DNA of 64,000 nt, from assembly GCA_963735035.1 (NCBI GenBank), contig CAVTJJ010000004.1:32001-96000 (forward strand). The letters are read 5' to 3'. The stretch is from an uncultured candidate division Zixibacteria bacterium (GTDB lineage: Bacteria > Zixibacteria > MSB-5A5 > GN15 > FEB-12). Shown here in pieces: positions 53,150 through 63,734 of the stretch. Position 1 is the stretch's first letter, and every line of letters begins with the position of its first letter. Made by a program: the position numbers and the translations under genes. Under the pieces are notes generated by a model. That model was not told the DNA's origin. It saw nothing but the letters and a program-made list of their open reading frames with translations, and made no database searches.

Positions 53150-53716
53150 GTCAACCCACCTGATAACTGGTTTCCAATTGCGGCTCCGGCTCAAAGCGAC
53201 AGGCGCTTTCAGACCGGTGCCGTTTCAAAACGGTACAATGTTGTTATCGGAATTTCCGCCCGGAAAACTTAGGGGTTTTTGAGGGGGAAGAGCCTTGCCC
53301 GGGAGGGCCGAGTTCAGGTAGGGCGGGTTTGCTTGGCCAGTTCATGCTTGTACGGATATCAACGCGGGCCGCAAGGCCCGTCATGCCCGAGTAGTCGGGC
53401 ACCCATGGCTACACGCGATGGCAGAATTGTTACCGCTGGATAGGAGGCGGGGATTTCGATTGGAACGTTCTTTCTTCCCAAGTATAATTTCGGCAGACAC
53501 CCCCTACCGGAAGCTTAGCCTGATCAAGCTTTTCAACCTCCAGTGGAGCAATCGATATCTGAACATCGTCGACGATCATGGGCCCCCGACGCCTCGGGGG
53601 TGACGGAGATAGGCGTTTTGTGGTTGGCGAACGTCCTCGTGCGCCAACGAGATCGTGGAGGACGGTGACCTCCGATCAGGTGGGGGGCAGGCTCCACCAC
53701 GCACGTCCGAATCACC

Positions 53717-54406
53717 TTAATTCGCCCGGCTGCCGAAAAGCGCCGTGCCGATCCTGATCATGGTCGACCCCTCGGCTATCGCCTCAGGAAAATCGTCGGA
53801 CATACCCATCGACAACGTGTTGAATCCATCGCCGACGTTATCCTTCCCGCGCTCGAAAAGCTCGCGGCAGGTCCGAAAAGCGGCCCGAACCTGCTCCGGA
53901 TCGTCAGTCAACGGTCCAACCGTCATCAGGCCTACCAATCGAAGGGACGGCAGGTCCTGAGTCTCACGGATCAGGTCGGCCGTTTCCCCCGGCGTCACGC
54001 CGCTTTTGCTCGCCTCGCCCGAGCTGTTGACTTCGATCAGACATTCTATCGTTCGCCCGATCTCCCCCGCGCGCCGGCTGATTTCTTCGGCCAGTTTCAG
54101 CGAATCCACCGACTGGATGACATCGAACAGCGCGACCGCTTTGCGGACTTTGTTGGACTGAAGGTGCCCGATAAGGTGAAACCGGGCAATCGGTCCAAGC
54201 GAGGTGATTTTCGGCTCGGCTTCCTGAATCTTGCTCTCGCCGATATCATGTAGCTCGTGCGCGACGGCTTCTTTAATAGTCAACGCGGGGTGGGTCTTGG
54301 TCACCGCTACAATCGTAATCTCGTCGGGATTGCGATTGCAGAGCGCACAGGCTTCGGCAATCCTCCGGCGAAGTTCTATCAGGTTATGGGCAAGGTCGTT
54401 ATTCAT
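53717..54406 (-). CDS. yggS: PLP homeostasis protein (YggS family)
   Basis: VAVTKT, HLIGHLQSNK, LSMGMSDD, GSTMIRIGTALFG. Confidence 0.95.
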   Translation of the reverse strand: MNNDLAHNLIELRRRIAEACALCNRNPDEITIVAVTKTHPALTIKEAVAHELHDIGESKIQEAEPKITSLGPIARFHLIGHLQSNKVRKAVALFDVIQSVDSLKLAEEISRRAGEIGRTIECLIEVNSSGEASKSGVTPGETADLIRETQDLPSLRLVGLMTVGPLTDDPEQVRAAFRTCRELFERGKDNVGDGFNTLSMGMSDDFPEAIAEGSTMIRIGTALFGSRAN

Positions 54407-54587
54407 GGCTTTGGGTATTAAGCTACCCCTGACACAACTGAGCAAGGGAAAAGGAGTCTGGTGCGTTTCAGGATGTCCCGACTGCTATCTCCCACACTTG
54501 ACAACTCCGACTAATTGCGTAGTTTTACGACTTCGGGAACGACCAGGAACGCGCTCCCGAAAATTGAACCGAACCAAAGGACCATCT

Positions 54588-55073
54588 ATGTCGCCCGTTA
54601 GCAGAGAAACCCTCAAAGCCCTGACCACCGGCATCAATTCCGAAATCGCCAGCTACGTGTTCTATCTCGAAGCTTCCAAAATGAAGGCCGCCTCCAAGAT
54701 CAAATCGATTCTCGAAGAATTGGCCCTCGAGGAGAAGAAACACTTTCAGGTGCTGGAACGTCAGCACAATTCGCTTATCAAGAGTGAACAGTGGATTTCG
54801 ATTGCCGATGTGCTCAAGTCGAAAGATCTGCCGGAAATCAGCGAAGACATGAGTTCGGTTCACCGTCAGCTCATCGACGAAGTCCGTAAGACCAGCTCGA
54901 TTGGCGCCATTCTCGATATCGCCTATCGGCTGGAAGTGGAAGCCTTCGAGCTGTTTACCGCGCAGGAAAAGAAGTCCGAGAGCGACGAAGGCCGCCAGAT
55001 CTTCCGCGAACTGGCCAAGTTCGAACAGGGCCACATGCGCAAGATCGAGGACATGCGCAAGCAGCACGCGTGA
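54588..55073 (+). CDS. Ferritin-like/rubrerythrin family protein
   Basis: Paired E..ExxH motifs (LALEEKKH, LAKFEQGH); TTGACA-16-TAGTTT upstream. Confidence 0.88.
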   Translation: MSPVSRETLKALTTGINSEIASYVFYLEASKMKAASKIKSILEELALEEKKHFQVLERQHNSLIKSEQWISIADVLKSKDLPEISEDMSSVHRQLIDEVRKTSSIGAILDIAYRLEVEAFELFTAQEKKSESDEGRQIFRELAKFEQGHMRKIEDMRKQHA

Positions 55074-55345
55074 ACGCCTGGCACCCTGGAAGTTCTTAGC
55101 AGTCGTAATGGGGTAGACAAGGTTGTGTCAGTTCCTGCGCCCCCGATTCCCATCGGGGGCGTGTGAACTGACACCGTTCGATGAGATTGAAACACAGTGT
55201 CAGGTCACATCCCTGGCCCACCTCCGGTGAGCCAGGGACAGGACCTGACACAACCTTCCAACACGAACGAATTCCCAATACAAGCACAAGCGGGCATCAT
55301 TCTTTTTGTTGAGCCCCGCCGCCCCTGAGAGTATAACAGTCTGTC

Positions 55346-56500
55346 ATGAACGCCCGGAATCTGTTAAGCTGGATTGAGTTGTCACGGACCGCCTTGGACC
55401 AAAACGTCCGAAGCCTGGCCCGTCTCGCTGGGCGGCGCAAGATTGCGGTCTCGGTAAAGTCCAACGCTTACGGTCACGGTCTCGCAGACATTATCCCTTA
55501 CCTGAGCGAACGTCCCGAAATCGCTTATGTGACGGTACATTCCCTCGAAGAAGCGGTCTGCTGTCGCGAGTTCGGCTGGGATCGGCGCATCATGGTGCTC
55601 GGTCCGATTTCGCTCGGCGACCTTGAGGCGGTGCTCCAATACGATCTCGAACCGGTGGTATTCAACCGCGAGACTGTCGCGACCCTCGGGAAATTGGCCG
55701 ACCGGCACGAGATTGCGGTCAGGACTCATCTGAAGCTGGAGACCGGGACGAATCGTCAGGGGGTGACCGAAAAGAATCTGGGTCCAATTGCGACTGTTTT
55801 CAAGAGGCATGCCTATCTGAAAAAACCATACGGCGCCAGCATGCATTTCGCCAATATTGAGGATACCACCAACCACGAATACGCCCAGCACCAGTTGGAT
55901 CGTTTCAACCGGATGACGGCTCGTATGAAAGCGCTGGGTATCCCTCCGACGATCCGTCACACCGCCTCGTCGGCCGCACTGATACTGTTTGCAAAAACCA
56001 AGTTCGACCTGGTACGCCCAGGGATAGCCTTCTACGGCCATTGGCCGTCGAAAGAAACATATCTGAGTTACCGACTCGCGGGAGGACGTGATAATATCCT
56101 TAAGCCGGTCCTTAGCTGGCACACTCGGGTCGGCCAAATCAAAGACATCCCGGCCGATTCGTTTATCGGATATGGCTGCACCTATCGCACCACTACCAAA
56201 ACGCGACTGGCCGTGCTGCCGATAGGTTACGCCGACGGTTACGACCGATCCTTGTCAAACCTCGCCTATGTGCTCGTGAAGGGACGGCGGGCCCCGGTCC
56301 GAGGCAGGATCTGCATGAACCTGGCCATGATCGATGTGACCGATACCCCGGGTGTGCGCCTCGAGGATCAGGTGACGCTCATCGGGAACCAGAAAAAAGA
56401 CTCGATCAGCGCCGAGCAACTGGCTTCGTGGGCCGCAACTATCAATTATGAAGTGCTGGCGCGCCTGTCACCTTTCATGCCGCGTATAATGACTAAATAG
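55346..56500 (+). CDS. alr: Alanine racemase
   Basis: VKSNAYGHG, VRPGIAFYG, IGYADGY, GRICMN, TINYE. Confidence 0.95.
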   Translation: MNARNLLSWIELSRTALDQNVRSLARLAGRRKIAVSVKSNAYGHGLADIIPYLSERPEIAYVTVHSLEEAVCCREFGWDRRIMVLGPISLGDLEAVLQYDLEPVVFNRETVATLGKLADRHEIAVRTHLKLETGTNRQGVTEKNLGPIATVFKRHAYLKKPYGASMHFANIEDTTNHEYAQHQLDRFNRMTARMKALGIPPTIRHTASSAALILFAKTKFDLVRPGIAFYGHWPSKETYLSYRLAGGRDNILKPVLSWHTRVGQIKDIPADSFIGYGCTYRTTTKTRLAVLPIGYADGYDRSLSNLAYVLVKGRRAPVRGRICMNLAMIDVTDTPGVRLEDQVTLIGNQKKDSISAEQLASWAATINYEVLARLSPFMPRIMTK

Positions 56501-56629
56501 TTGGTATTTAATGCATTACGACCCCTCGCCTATTGTTTGACGCGCGGGACGAGATTGTGAACAGTGGAACCTTGCTTGAGATTGTTACCGATTTCACTTG
56601 ACACTCCCTGCCCAAAAGGTGTTTATTTC

Positions 56630-56647
56630 TTGTGAACCTTTTCACAT
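56630..56647. promoter_or_regulatory. Rex operator
   Basis: TTGTGAA-CCTT-TTCACAT matches TTGTGAA-N4-TTCACAA; lies downstream of TTGACA (56598) and upstream of rex. Confidence 0.85.
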
Positions 56648-56698
56648 GCGGAGTTATTTGTCTATAACAGGCGGCCAGTGAGCGGACAGAGACAGTAA

Positions 56699-57358
56699 AT
56701 GATCGGCAGAACTCGTAAACGCATATCCGAATCCACGATTCGTCGGCTCTCTATCTACCTCCGGGCCCTTTCGGTCCTTGAAAAGGAAGGGACCAGTACT
56801 GTTTCGTCAAAAGAGCTGGCTCACCGGGAGAAACTCACTCCGGCGCAAGTGCGGAAAGATCTCTCGTTCTTTGGCTCGTTCGGTACGCGCGGCCTTGGTT
56901 ACCCGGTGTCGGAGCTTCGGGAACAGATTTCATCGATTCTTGGCATTGATCGCGCCTGGAGGGTGGGACTTTTCGGGGTAGGGAATATCGGTTCGGCGCT
57001 GGTCAGCTATAAGGAATTCGCCCGCCAGGGTTTTCACATCGTCAAGTTGTTCGACAACGATCAGCGGAAGATCGGCTCCAATCACAAAGGGATTACCATC
57101 TCGGATATCAACAACATGGGGCCCGAAATCAAAGAAGCCGGCATAGAGATGGCGGTCGTTGCCGTCCCAGCCACGGTGGCCCAATACATCGTTGACGATA
57201 TTGTCGCGGCCGGCGTCAAGGCGATCCTCAATTTCGCGCCCGTCAATCTTCGAGTACCCGAGGACGTATATCTTCGAAATGAAAACATGTCGATGGAACT
57301 CGAGTACCTATCGTTCGCTCTCGTGAATCATCACATGGAGAAGCGGCCGAAGATCTGA
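56699..57358 (+). CDS. rex: Redox-sensing transcriptional repressor Rex
   Basis: RRLSIYLR, QVRKDLSFFGSFGTRGLGY, GVGNIG, ILNFAP. Confidence 0.96.
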   Translation: MIGRTRKRISESTIRRLSIYLRALSVLEKEGTSTVSSKELAHREKLTPAQVRKDLSFFGSFGTRGLGYPVSELREQISSILGIDRAWRVGLFGVGNIGSALVSYKEFARQGFHIVKLFDNDQRKIGSNHKGITISDINNMGPEIKEAGIEMAVVAVPATVAQYIVDDIVAAGVKAILNFAPVNLRVPEDVYLRNENMSMELEYLSFALVNHHMEKRPKI

Positions 57359-57385
57359 CAATCAATCAGAGACGCTTTCCTTTTC

Positions 57386-57410
57386 GGCCCGCCCTTGCGG
57401 GTTTTTTTGT
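57386..57410 (+). terminator. Rho-independent terminator after rex
   Basis: GGCCCGC-CCTT-GCGGGTT followed by a T-run. Confidence 0.75.
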
Positions 57411-57586
57411 GCCTACAAGTTGAGCCCGCTGGGCGAGTGGGCATCGCCCCTATACCTATCGGCTCTCCCCTACTATCCGCCGTCGAATATCGTTTTCTAT
57501 CCCACAATGCAACAACACGTTACATGGTCGGCACGACACTTGAGGTCTTTCTGGACGGCAACGTTTACCGAAAGACGGGAGTCAAA

Positions 57587-58150
57587 ATGAAGCCAACCTC
57601 CGCTCTTGTGTTGATTGCCCTGCTGGCCTTGGTGATGCCGGTTTGGGCCGCTGATCCCCCCCCGGCGGCCGTTAACGACGATACCGGCCCGTGGCGGGAG
57701 TATTCTATTGAAGGTGCTCTGACCGAGTTGGAAGTCGATTACGGTCTCTGGCTCGAAACGTCGCTGTCGGGGGTTCAGCCTGAAGTTGACCGGCTCGAGA
57801 AGGCAATGTTGGGACTGGTGAATTATGACATTTATGTCAGCCAGGAGAACGTGCGCTCCCTGGCTAAGGCGGCCGCGGTGAAATCGTGGCAAGTGAAGCA
57901 GGATAGCGTGTCGCAACAAACCGACGAGGCCATGGATCTCCAAATAGCTATCAAGAGTTTGAATGCGAAGGAATCGCTTTACCGGTCTATCAATAAGACC
58001 AAGGCTTTCAGCAACAAGTATCGTCTGCTGGGAGATTACATCAATCTCCTGCGCCGGGAACTGGAGCTGCCGCGTTTGAAACTCGCGACGGAGAAAGTGA
58101 CGAGCCCCTCGCCGAGTAATATTGGCTCGAGCGTTCCGAAACAAAATTAG
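57587..58150 (+). CDS. Hypothetical secreted helical protein
   Basis: GGGAG RBS, signal peptide (VWA-A); 12-bp hairpin at 58196-58226 downstream. Confidence 0.78.
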   Translation: MKPTSALVLIALLALVMPVWAADPPPAAVNDDTGPWREYSIEGALTELEVDYGLWLETSLSGVQPEVDRLEKAMLGLVNYDIYVSQENVRSLAKAAAVKSWQVKQDSVSQQTDEAMDLQIAIKSLNAKESLYRSINKTKAFSNKYRLLGDYINLLRRELELPRLKLATEKVTSPSPSNIGSSVPKQN

Positions 58151-58464
58151 CCCTGAGTCACCCTTCTCCTTGTTTGGTTTGGCTCCCTCCCTGAAGACGC
58201 CGCTGCCGGGATTTGGCAGCGGCGTCGAATAAGAATTCTTGACACACCCACACACCTTCATCATATTACTTCCAAGGAAAATTACATATACCCAGTAGCA
58301 CGATGGGATGGACTGATCGCCTGATCTTGGCGTAACCGCCAGTATCGGATCAGTCTCAGAAACGTTATCAGCAGCGTTCGGAACGCTAGTTCTGAAGGTA
58401 TGCGAGCCGAACCGACTGACAACAGCGAATCTGGTTCATCAAAGGATCAGCCATCCTATAGCGT

Positions 58465-58638
58465 ATGGTGGTGCGGTGGGTGGTTAAGCTTGGGTTCTTC
58501 ATAGCTGCGTGGGCTCTGAACAGTGGGATTGGCTGCGAAGTTTTGTGTAGAAATACTCAATTTGATTGCGAAAACCAGGAGATGACTATGAATTGGTTGG
58601 TCGAGCCATTTGACGAGAGGCAATGGAGGAACAAATGA
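58465..58638 (+). CDS. Putative 57-aa peptide, below the ORF-track cutoff
   Basis: MVVRWVVKLGFFIAAWALNSGIGCEVLCRNTQFDCENQEMTMNWLVEPFDERQWRNK*; stop overlaps the next ATG (ATGA); no clear RBS. Confidence 0.4.
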   Translation: MVVRWVVKLGFFIAAWALNSGIGCEVLCRNTQFDCENQEMTMNWLVEPFDERQWRNK

Positions 58639-59357
58639 CATCAAGAACAACTCGCATTATGTTGGTGGTGTTTGGCGTTTTGGCATACGCAATCTTGGCT
58701 CGCTTCATCCATGTCCGATTTGTCATGTCAACAAACGCAATTGGCGTCACGTCGTCGGATTACTATCTCTTATCTGCGTATGTCGTCTTGTCCGGAGTGT
58801 TATTGGCATACGTTTACAGGAGTGTTGTTGCCAACCGGCTCAACGCACAGGACTGGGGGCTTTCGCTTTCAGGGAGAGCCTGGTTCAGTATCCCGATTCT
58901 CGCCGTAATCCTGGGTGCAGAGTTGTGGGGGCGCAAGACCCAGCTGTCGGTATCGTATTCAGAGGCAATTCTGGCGACGCTATTTCTACTCACGAGTTCG
59001 ATCTTTCTCCGAGCATTCTTGATGCGGTTGATTAGTGAACAATTTCGCCGGAACAAAGTTGTCCCTTGGATTGCCACGATTGTCACAGGGCTCCTATTCA
59101 CTCTGGTACATCGCAATGAGCATGCTACAGTGCTGGCGGATATTGTGTCGAACTGCTTGAGTTCATCGTTTATTCTTACTACCGGAAGTGTGCTGGCCGC
59201 TTTCGTCTATGATGCAGTTCGACTACTGAATCCTCCCATAGAGCAAGCCATTTTCTTGATCCCTCTCTCGGGAATAGTTCTCTACGTGGTTGTGGCAGGG
59301 TTGGCACGCTTTGCAGAACGCAAATCTGGTGACCGACAAAACCGAGGGGAAGCGTGA
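58635..59357 (+). CDS. CPBP/Abi (CAAX protease)-like membrane protein with degenerate catalytic motifs
   Basis: GGAGG RBS; multi-TM; DWGL, SSIFLRAFL (cf. EExxFRG), LLFTLVH, TGSV. Confidence 0.65.
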   Translation: MTSRTTRIMLVVFGVLAYAILARFIHVRFVMSTNAIGVTSSDYYLLSAYVVLSGVLLAYVYRSVVANRLNAQDWGLSLSGRAWFSIPILAVILGAELWGRKTQLSVSYSEAILATLFLLTSSIFLRAFLMRLISEQFRRNKVVPWIATIVTGLLFTLVHRNEHATVLADIVSNCLSSSFILTTGSVLAAFVYDAVRLLNPPIEQAIFLIPLSGIVLYVVVAGLARFAERKSGDRQNRGEA

Positions 59358-59497
59358 CGGTGAGGGTCCAGCGCTCTTCCGGGTGTTCACATGTTCTCCG
59401 ACCCCAGTGAAATCTTAACTCTCCTCGGCCCAACGGGGCTGGGAAAACCACCCTGCAGCACATTATTTCGGGGCTAATTTTGCCGCAGTCCGGATAA
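59354..59497 (+). pseudogene. ABC ATPase N-terminal remnant
   Basis: EILTLLG(P)NGAGKTTLQHIISGLILPQSG* with a 1-bp deletion in Walker A. Confidence 0.7.
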
Positions 59498-59536
59498 CCC
59501 ATCTGCCGATGAGCAGCCGTTCAATTATTCCCCAAT

Positions 59537-62392
59537 TCACTTCAGCACCTGCTTCAGATACTGCCCCGTGTATGACCGGCCGACTTTCGTCAGTTCTTCC
59601 GGTGTGCCCGCCGCAATGATCTGCCCGCCCTCGTCGCCTCCCTCAGGACCGATATCAATCACCCAATCAGCCGTCTTGATCACGTCCATGTTGTGCTCGA
59701 TCACCACGACCGTGTTCCCCCGCTCGACCAATTCATTGAGTACGGTCAGCAGCATGCGGATATCTTCGAAATGAAGCCCGGTGGTCGGCTCATCTAATAT
59801 GTAAAACGTCCGGCCGGTAGCCAGTTTGGACAACTCGGTGGCCAGTTTCACCCGCTGCGCCTCACCTCCCGAAAGTGTGGTCGCCTGCTGGCCGAGATGA
59901 ATGTATCCCAACCCAACGTTCTTTAGGGTGAGCAGCTTGCTCTTGATGCGAGGGATGTTCTCGAAAAATGTCAGCCCCTCGTCAATCGTCATGTCCAGCA
60001 CGTCCGCAATCGACTTTCCCTTGAACGTTACTTCCGATGTTTCCCGGTTGTAACGCTTCCCCTTGCAGACCTCGCAAGGCACGTAGACATCAGGAAGGAA
60101 ATGCATTTCGATCTTGATGATGCCGTCACCCTCGCACGCTTCACACCGTCCCCCTCGCACGTTGAAAGAAAATCGTCCGGGGCCATACCCACGCGCTTTG
60201 GACTCGGGCAGCGACGCATACAGATCGCGGATGTGCGTGAAGACACCGGTGTAGGTAGCAGGATTTGAACGCGGGGTGCGGCCAATCGGCGACTGATCGA
60301 TATCGATCACCTTGTCGATATGTTCGAGCCCCTCGATAGTTTCATACGGTAGCGGTGCCTGACGACTGCCATAGAAGTGCTTGGAGAGAATCGCATAGAG
60401 CGTTTCGTTGATCAGCGACGATTTGCCCGACCCCGACACGCCGGTTATTGCCACCAACACGCCCAACGGCACTTCCACGGTAACTTCTTTCAAATTGTTT
60501 CCAGTCGCGCCGGTGAGCTTGATCAGGTTGCCGTTCGGTTCACGGCGCTCTTTCGGCTTCTCTATCGACCGCGTTCCCGAAAGGTACTGCCCCGTGAGTG
60601 ACTTCTTATTGGCTTTGATATCATCCGGAGTGCCCGAGGCGACTATCTGGCCGCCATGGACACCTGCCCCCGGACCGAGGTCGACAACAAAATCGGCCCG
60701 CTCGATAGTCTCCCGATCATGTTCCACCACGAGGACCGTGTTCCCGATATCGCGCAGTTCGAGCAGCATATTGAGCAGCTTGCCGTTGTCGCGCTGGTGC
60801 AACCCGATCGAAGGTTCGTCCAATATGTAGAGTACACCCACCAGTCGTGATCCTATCTGTGTGGCCAGGCGAATTCGCTGGGCTTCGCCGCCGGAGAGAG
60901 TCGCCGCGGCTCGGCTCAATGTCAGATAGTCGAGCCCGACATCGCACAAGAAACCGAGGCGTTCACGAATTTCCTTCAATATCTGTCGCGCGATAGTCTG
61001 CTGGCGGGAGGTCAGCTTGATGTTCTTGAAGAACCCCGCAGCTTTCTTGATCGACATGTCGGTGACCGAGTCGATAGTCTCGCGATCTATGATCACCGCG
61101 AGGGCTTCGGGTCGAAGTCTCGCACCGTGACACGACGGGCACGGGCTCACCGACATATAATTCTCGATCCACGACCGCACGCCGCTCGATTCGGTTTGTT
61201 TGTAGCGCCGCTCCAGGTGAGGAATTACTCCCTCGAAAGGCGCTTCATATATACCCGAGGCCTTCCCCCGCGCCGAGGCGTGCTCGTACTCGATCTTTAT
61301 GTCTTTCCCCTTGGTGCCGTACAGGACCACTTCCTGCACATCTTTCGGCAGCTTGTTGAACGGGGTCGACAACTTGAATCCGAACGATGCCGCCAGTCCC
61401 TTGATCTGATACCGGTACCAGTTGGCCATCTCGGCGCCGCCCCAGGGATGTATGGCGCCCTCTGAAATCGACAGTTTTGTGTCCGGGACTACCAGGGAGC
61501 GCGTGATTTCCATCTTTTGTCCGAGGCCGTCACACACTTTGCAGGCGCCAAACGGCGAATTGAAGGAGAATAATCGAGGGGTTGGTTCTTCGTAGCTGAT
61601 ATTGCAGTTGAGACAGGCAAACTGCTCGGAGAAGAGAAGGTCCTGCTTATTGATGTTGATCAACACCGTGCCGTTAGACATCCGCAGCGCTGTCTCGACC
61701 GAATCCGCCAGGCGGTTTTTCGACGACGGTTTGACCACCAGCCGGTCAACCACCGCCTCGATCGTATGCTTCTTCTTCTTGTCCAACTCAGTCTCAGGAT
61801 CGGCCTCGACAACTTCGCCATCGATCCGGAGCCGCACAAACCCTTCGCGGATGATCTCCTGAATTATTTCCTTGTGTTCCCCCTTCTTGCCGCGCACGAG
61901 TGGTGCCAACACCATCAAGCGGGATCCTTCGGGGAAACTCAGCACCGAATCGACAATCTGCTCGACCGTCTGTTGCGTGATAGGCTGGCCGCACTGGACA
62001 CAGTGTGGGATGCCGATCCGGGCGAACAGGAGCCGCAGGTAGTCGTAGATTTCGGTGATCGTGCCGACCGTCGAGCGGGGGTTCTTGGGTGTCCCTTTCT
62101 GCTCGATTGAGATCGCCGGCGAGAGCCCTTCGATAAAATCCACGTCCGGCTTTTCCATCAGGCCGAGGAACTGACGGGCATAGGCCGAAAGCGACTCGAC
62201 ATACCGTCGCTGACCTTCGGCATAGATTGTATCAAACGCCAGCGAACTCTTGCCGGAGCCGGACAGGCCGGTGATGACGGTCAGTCGGTTGCGGGGGATA
62301 CGAACTTCTATGTTCTTAAGGTTGTGCTCGCGCGCCCCCTTGACGTAGAGCTCTTCCTGGATTCGTTTATAGCGGGTGTCGTTATTGCTCAT
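59537..62392 (-). CDS. uvrA: Excinuclease ABC subunit A
   Basis: [32 protein letters not shown], two LSGGEAQR signatures, zinc fingers. Confidence 0.98.
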   Translation of the reverse strand: MSNNDTRYKRIQEELYVKGAREHNLKNIEVRIPRNRLTVITGLSGSGKSSLAFDTIYAEGQRRYVESLSAYARQFLGLMEKPDVDFIEGLSPAISIEQKGTPKNPRSTVGTITEIYDYLRLLFARIGIPHCVQCGQPITQQTVEQIVDSVLSFPEGSRLMVLAPLVRGKKGEHKEIIQEIIREGFVRLRIDGEVVEADPETELDKKKKHTIEAVVDRLVVKPSSKNRLADSVETALRMSNGTVLININKQDLLFSEQFACLNCNISYEEPTPRLFSFNSPFGACKVCDGLGQKMEITRSLVVPDTKLSISEGAIHPWGGAEMANWYRYQIKGLAASFGFKLSTPFNKLPKDVQEVVLYGTKGKDIKIEYEHASARGKASGIYEAPFEGVIPHLERRYKQTESSGVRSWIENYMSVSPCPSCHGARLRPEALAVIIDRETIDSVTDMSIKKAAGFFKNIKLTSRQQTIARQILKEIRERLGFLCDVGLDYLTLSRAAATLSGGEAQRIRLATQIGSRLVGVLYILDEPSIGLHQRDNGKLLNMLLELRDIGNTVLVVEHDRETIERADFVVDLGPGAGVHGGQIVASGTPDDIKANKKSLTGQYLSGTRSIEKPKERREPNGNLIKLTGATGNNLKEVTVEVPLGVLVAITGVSGSGKSSLINETLYAILSKHFYGSRQAPLPYETIEGLEHIDKVIDIDQSPIGRTPRSNPATYTGVFTHIRDLYASLPESKARGYGPGRFSFNVRGGRCEACEGDGIIKIEMHFLPDVYVPCEVCKGKRYNRETSEVTFKGKSIADVLDMTIDEGLTFFENIPRIKSKLLTLKNVGLGYIHLGQQATTLSGGEAQRVKLATELSKLATGRTFYILDEPTTGLHFEDIRMLLTVLNELVERGNTVVVIEHNMDVIKTADWVIDIGPEGGDEGGQIIAAGTPEELTKVGRSYTGQYLKQVLK

Positions 62393-62552
62393 AATCTCTT
62401 TCCGTAGGCCAACCCGAAATATAACTCCGTTTGGGTCTGGCGCAAAGGTCGAGCTTGGTTTTCTGTGTCACTTTTTGTCGCATAAGGAAAGAACGACCGT
62501 TGGAACCGAAAGCTGTTGACAATGTTCCGTAGGATAATTACTTGGACCCATT

Positions 62553-63155
62553 ATGCACGACCCGCACCAGGCCTTTTTCGACAATCTCGCCGCCGAGTGG
62601 GATCTCCGCTACACCGCCGAGGATATGGAACGCCTTCTCCACCTGGTTGGCCGCCTGCCGATTACCGCCGGGATGTCAATTCTCGACCTGGGGTGCGGTA
62701 CTGGTGTGTTATTCGATATGCTCCGCCGCCGGGTCGGGCCGCAGGGGCTGATTACCGGGGTCGATTTCTCTATCCGCATGGCGCAGCAGGCCCATCGGAA
62801 CTTCCCCTTCGCCAACGTAAACGTAATCGACGCCGACGCCTCCAGTCTGCCCTTTCACGATTCCTGCTACGATATGATTGTCTCATTTGCCGCCTTCCCG
62901 CATTTCATTCACAAAGACCTGGCTATCAAAGAGGCCGGGCGAGTGCTGAAAGCCGGTGCGCCGCTTTACATTATCCATTTGGCCTCGTCGAAGGAAATAG
63001 CGGCGTTCCATGAGCGAACGGGCGGGCCGATTGAACACGATACTTTGCCGTCGGCCAAGGACTTGCGGCTGCTGTTCACAGAAGCCGGTTTCGACAGCGT
63101 CGAGATTGAAGACCACCCCGGGCTGTTTCTAGCGTGCGCCGTTAACGCTAAATGA
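62553..63155 (+). CDS. Class I SAM-dependent methyltransferase
   Basis: ILDLGCGTG, GVDFS, RVLKAG. Confidence 0.9.
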   Translation: MHDPHQAFFDNLAAEWDLRYTAEDMERLLHLVGRLPITAGMSILDLGCGTGVLFDMLRRRVGPQGLITGVDFSIRMAQQAHRNFPFANVNVIDADASSLPFHDSCYDMIVSFAAFPHFIHKDLAIKEAGRVLKAGAPLYIIHLASSKEIAAFHERTGGPIEHDTLPSAKDLRLLFTEAGFDSVEIEDHPGLFLACAVNAK

Positions 63156-63694
63156 ACGCGTCCTCAGACTCTCAATTTTCTTCCATTTCCAAGACCCGGT
63201 GGGTGACCCAAACGGCCCTCTTTCTGGCCCTTTCAATAGTGTTACCGGTGGGGTTTCACGCTTTCGGGATAGGCGGACGGGTTTTCCTGCCGATGCATTT
63301 CGCGCCGCTTCTGGCCGGATTTCTGGTCGGTCCGTACAGCGGGTTGACAGTCGGTCTGATGTCCCCCCTCATTGGCCACCTGATTACTGGTATGCCGCCA
63401 ACCTACGCAGTGCCGTTGATGTCTCTGGAAATACCGCTCTACGGTTTGGTGGCGGGGTTAGCTTATCGAAAACTCAGACTGAATATCTATATCGCGTTGG
63501 TTGCTGCAATGATTGTCGGGAGGGTGATGTTCGGCCTCGGTTTGTTCGTGCTCGGGATGTTCATGGAACTGCCTTACACGGCGACAATCTTCTTCTCGTC
63601 AGCGGGACCGATCCTGGCCGGTCTTCCGGGGATAATCGCTCAAATTGTGGTCATACCGATTATCGTTGCTGCTGTGCGCCGCGCGCGCGGGTAG
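63152..63694 (+). CDS. ECF transporter S component
   Basis: FLPMHFAPLLAG, TGMPP, AMIVGR, GLPGIIAQ; ATGA overlap with the upstream gene. Confidence 0.85.
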   Translation: MNASSDSQFSSISKTRWVTQTALFLALSIVLPVGFHAFGIGGRVFLPMHFAPLLAGFLVGPYSGLTVGLMSPLIGHLITGMPPTYAVPLMSLEIPLYGLVAGLAYRKLRLNIYIALVAAMIVGRVMFGLGLFVLGMFMELPYTATIFFSSAGPILAGLPGIIAQIVVIPIIVAAVRRARG

Positions 63695-63734
63695 TTCCAT
63701 TATCTCATTCTTGGCATGGGGGCAATACTGATCG

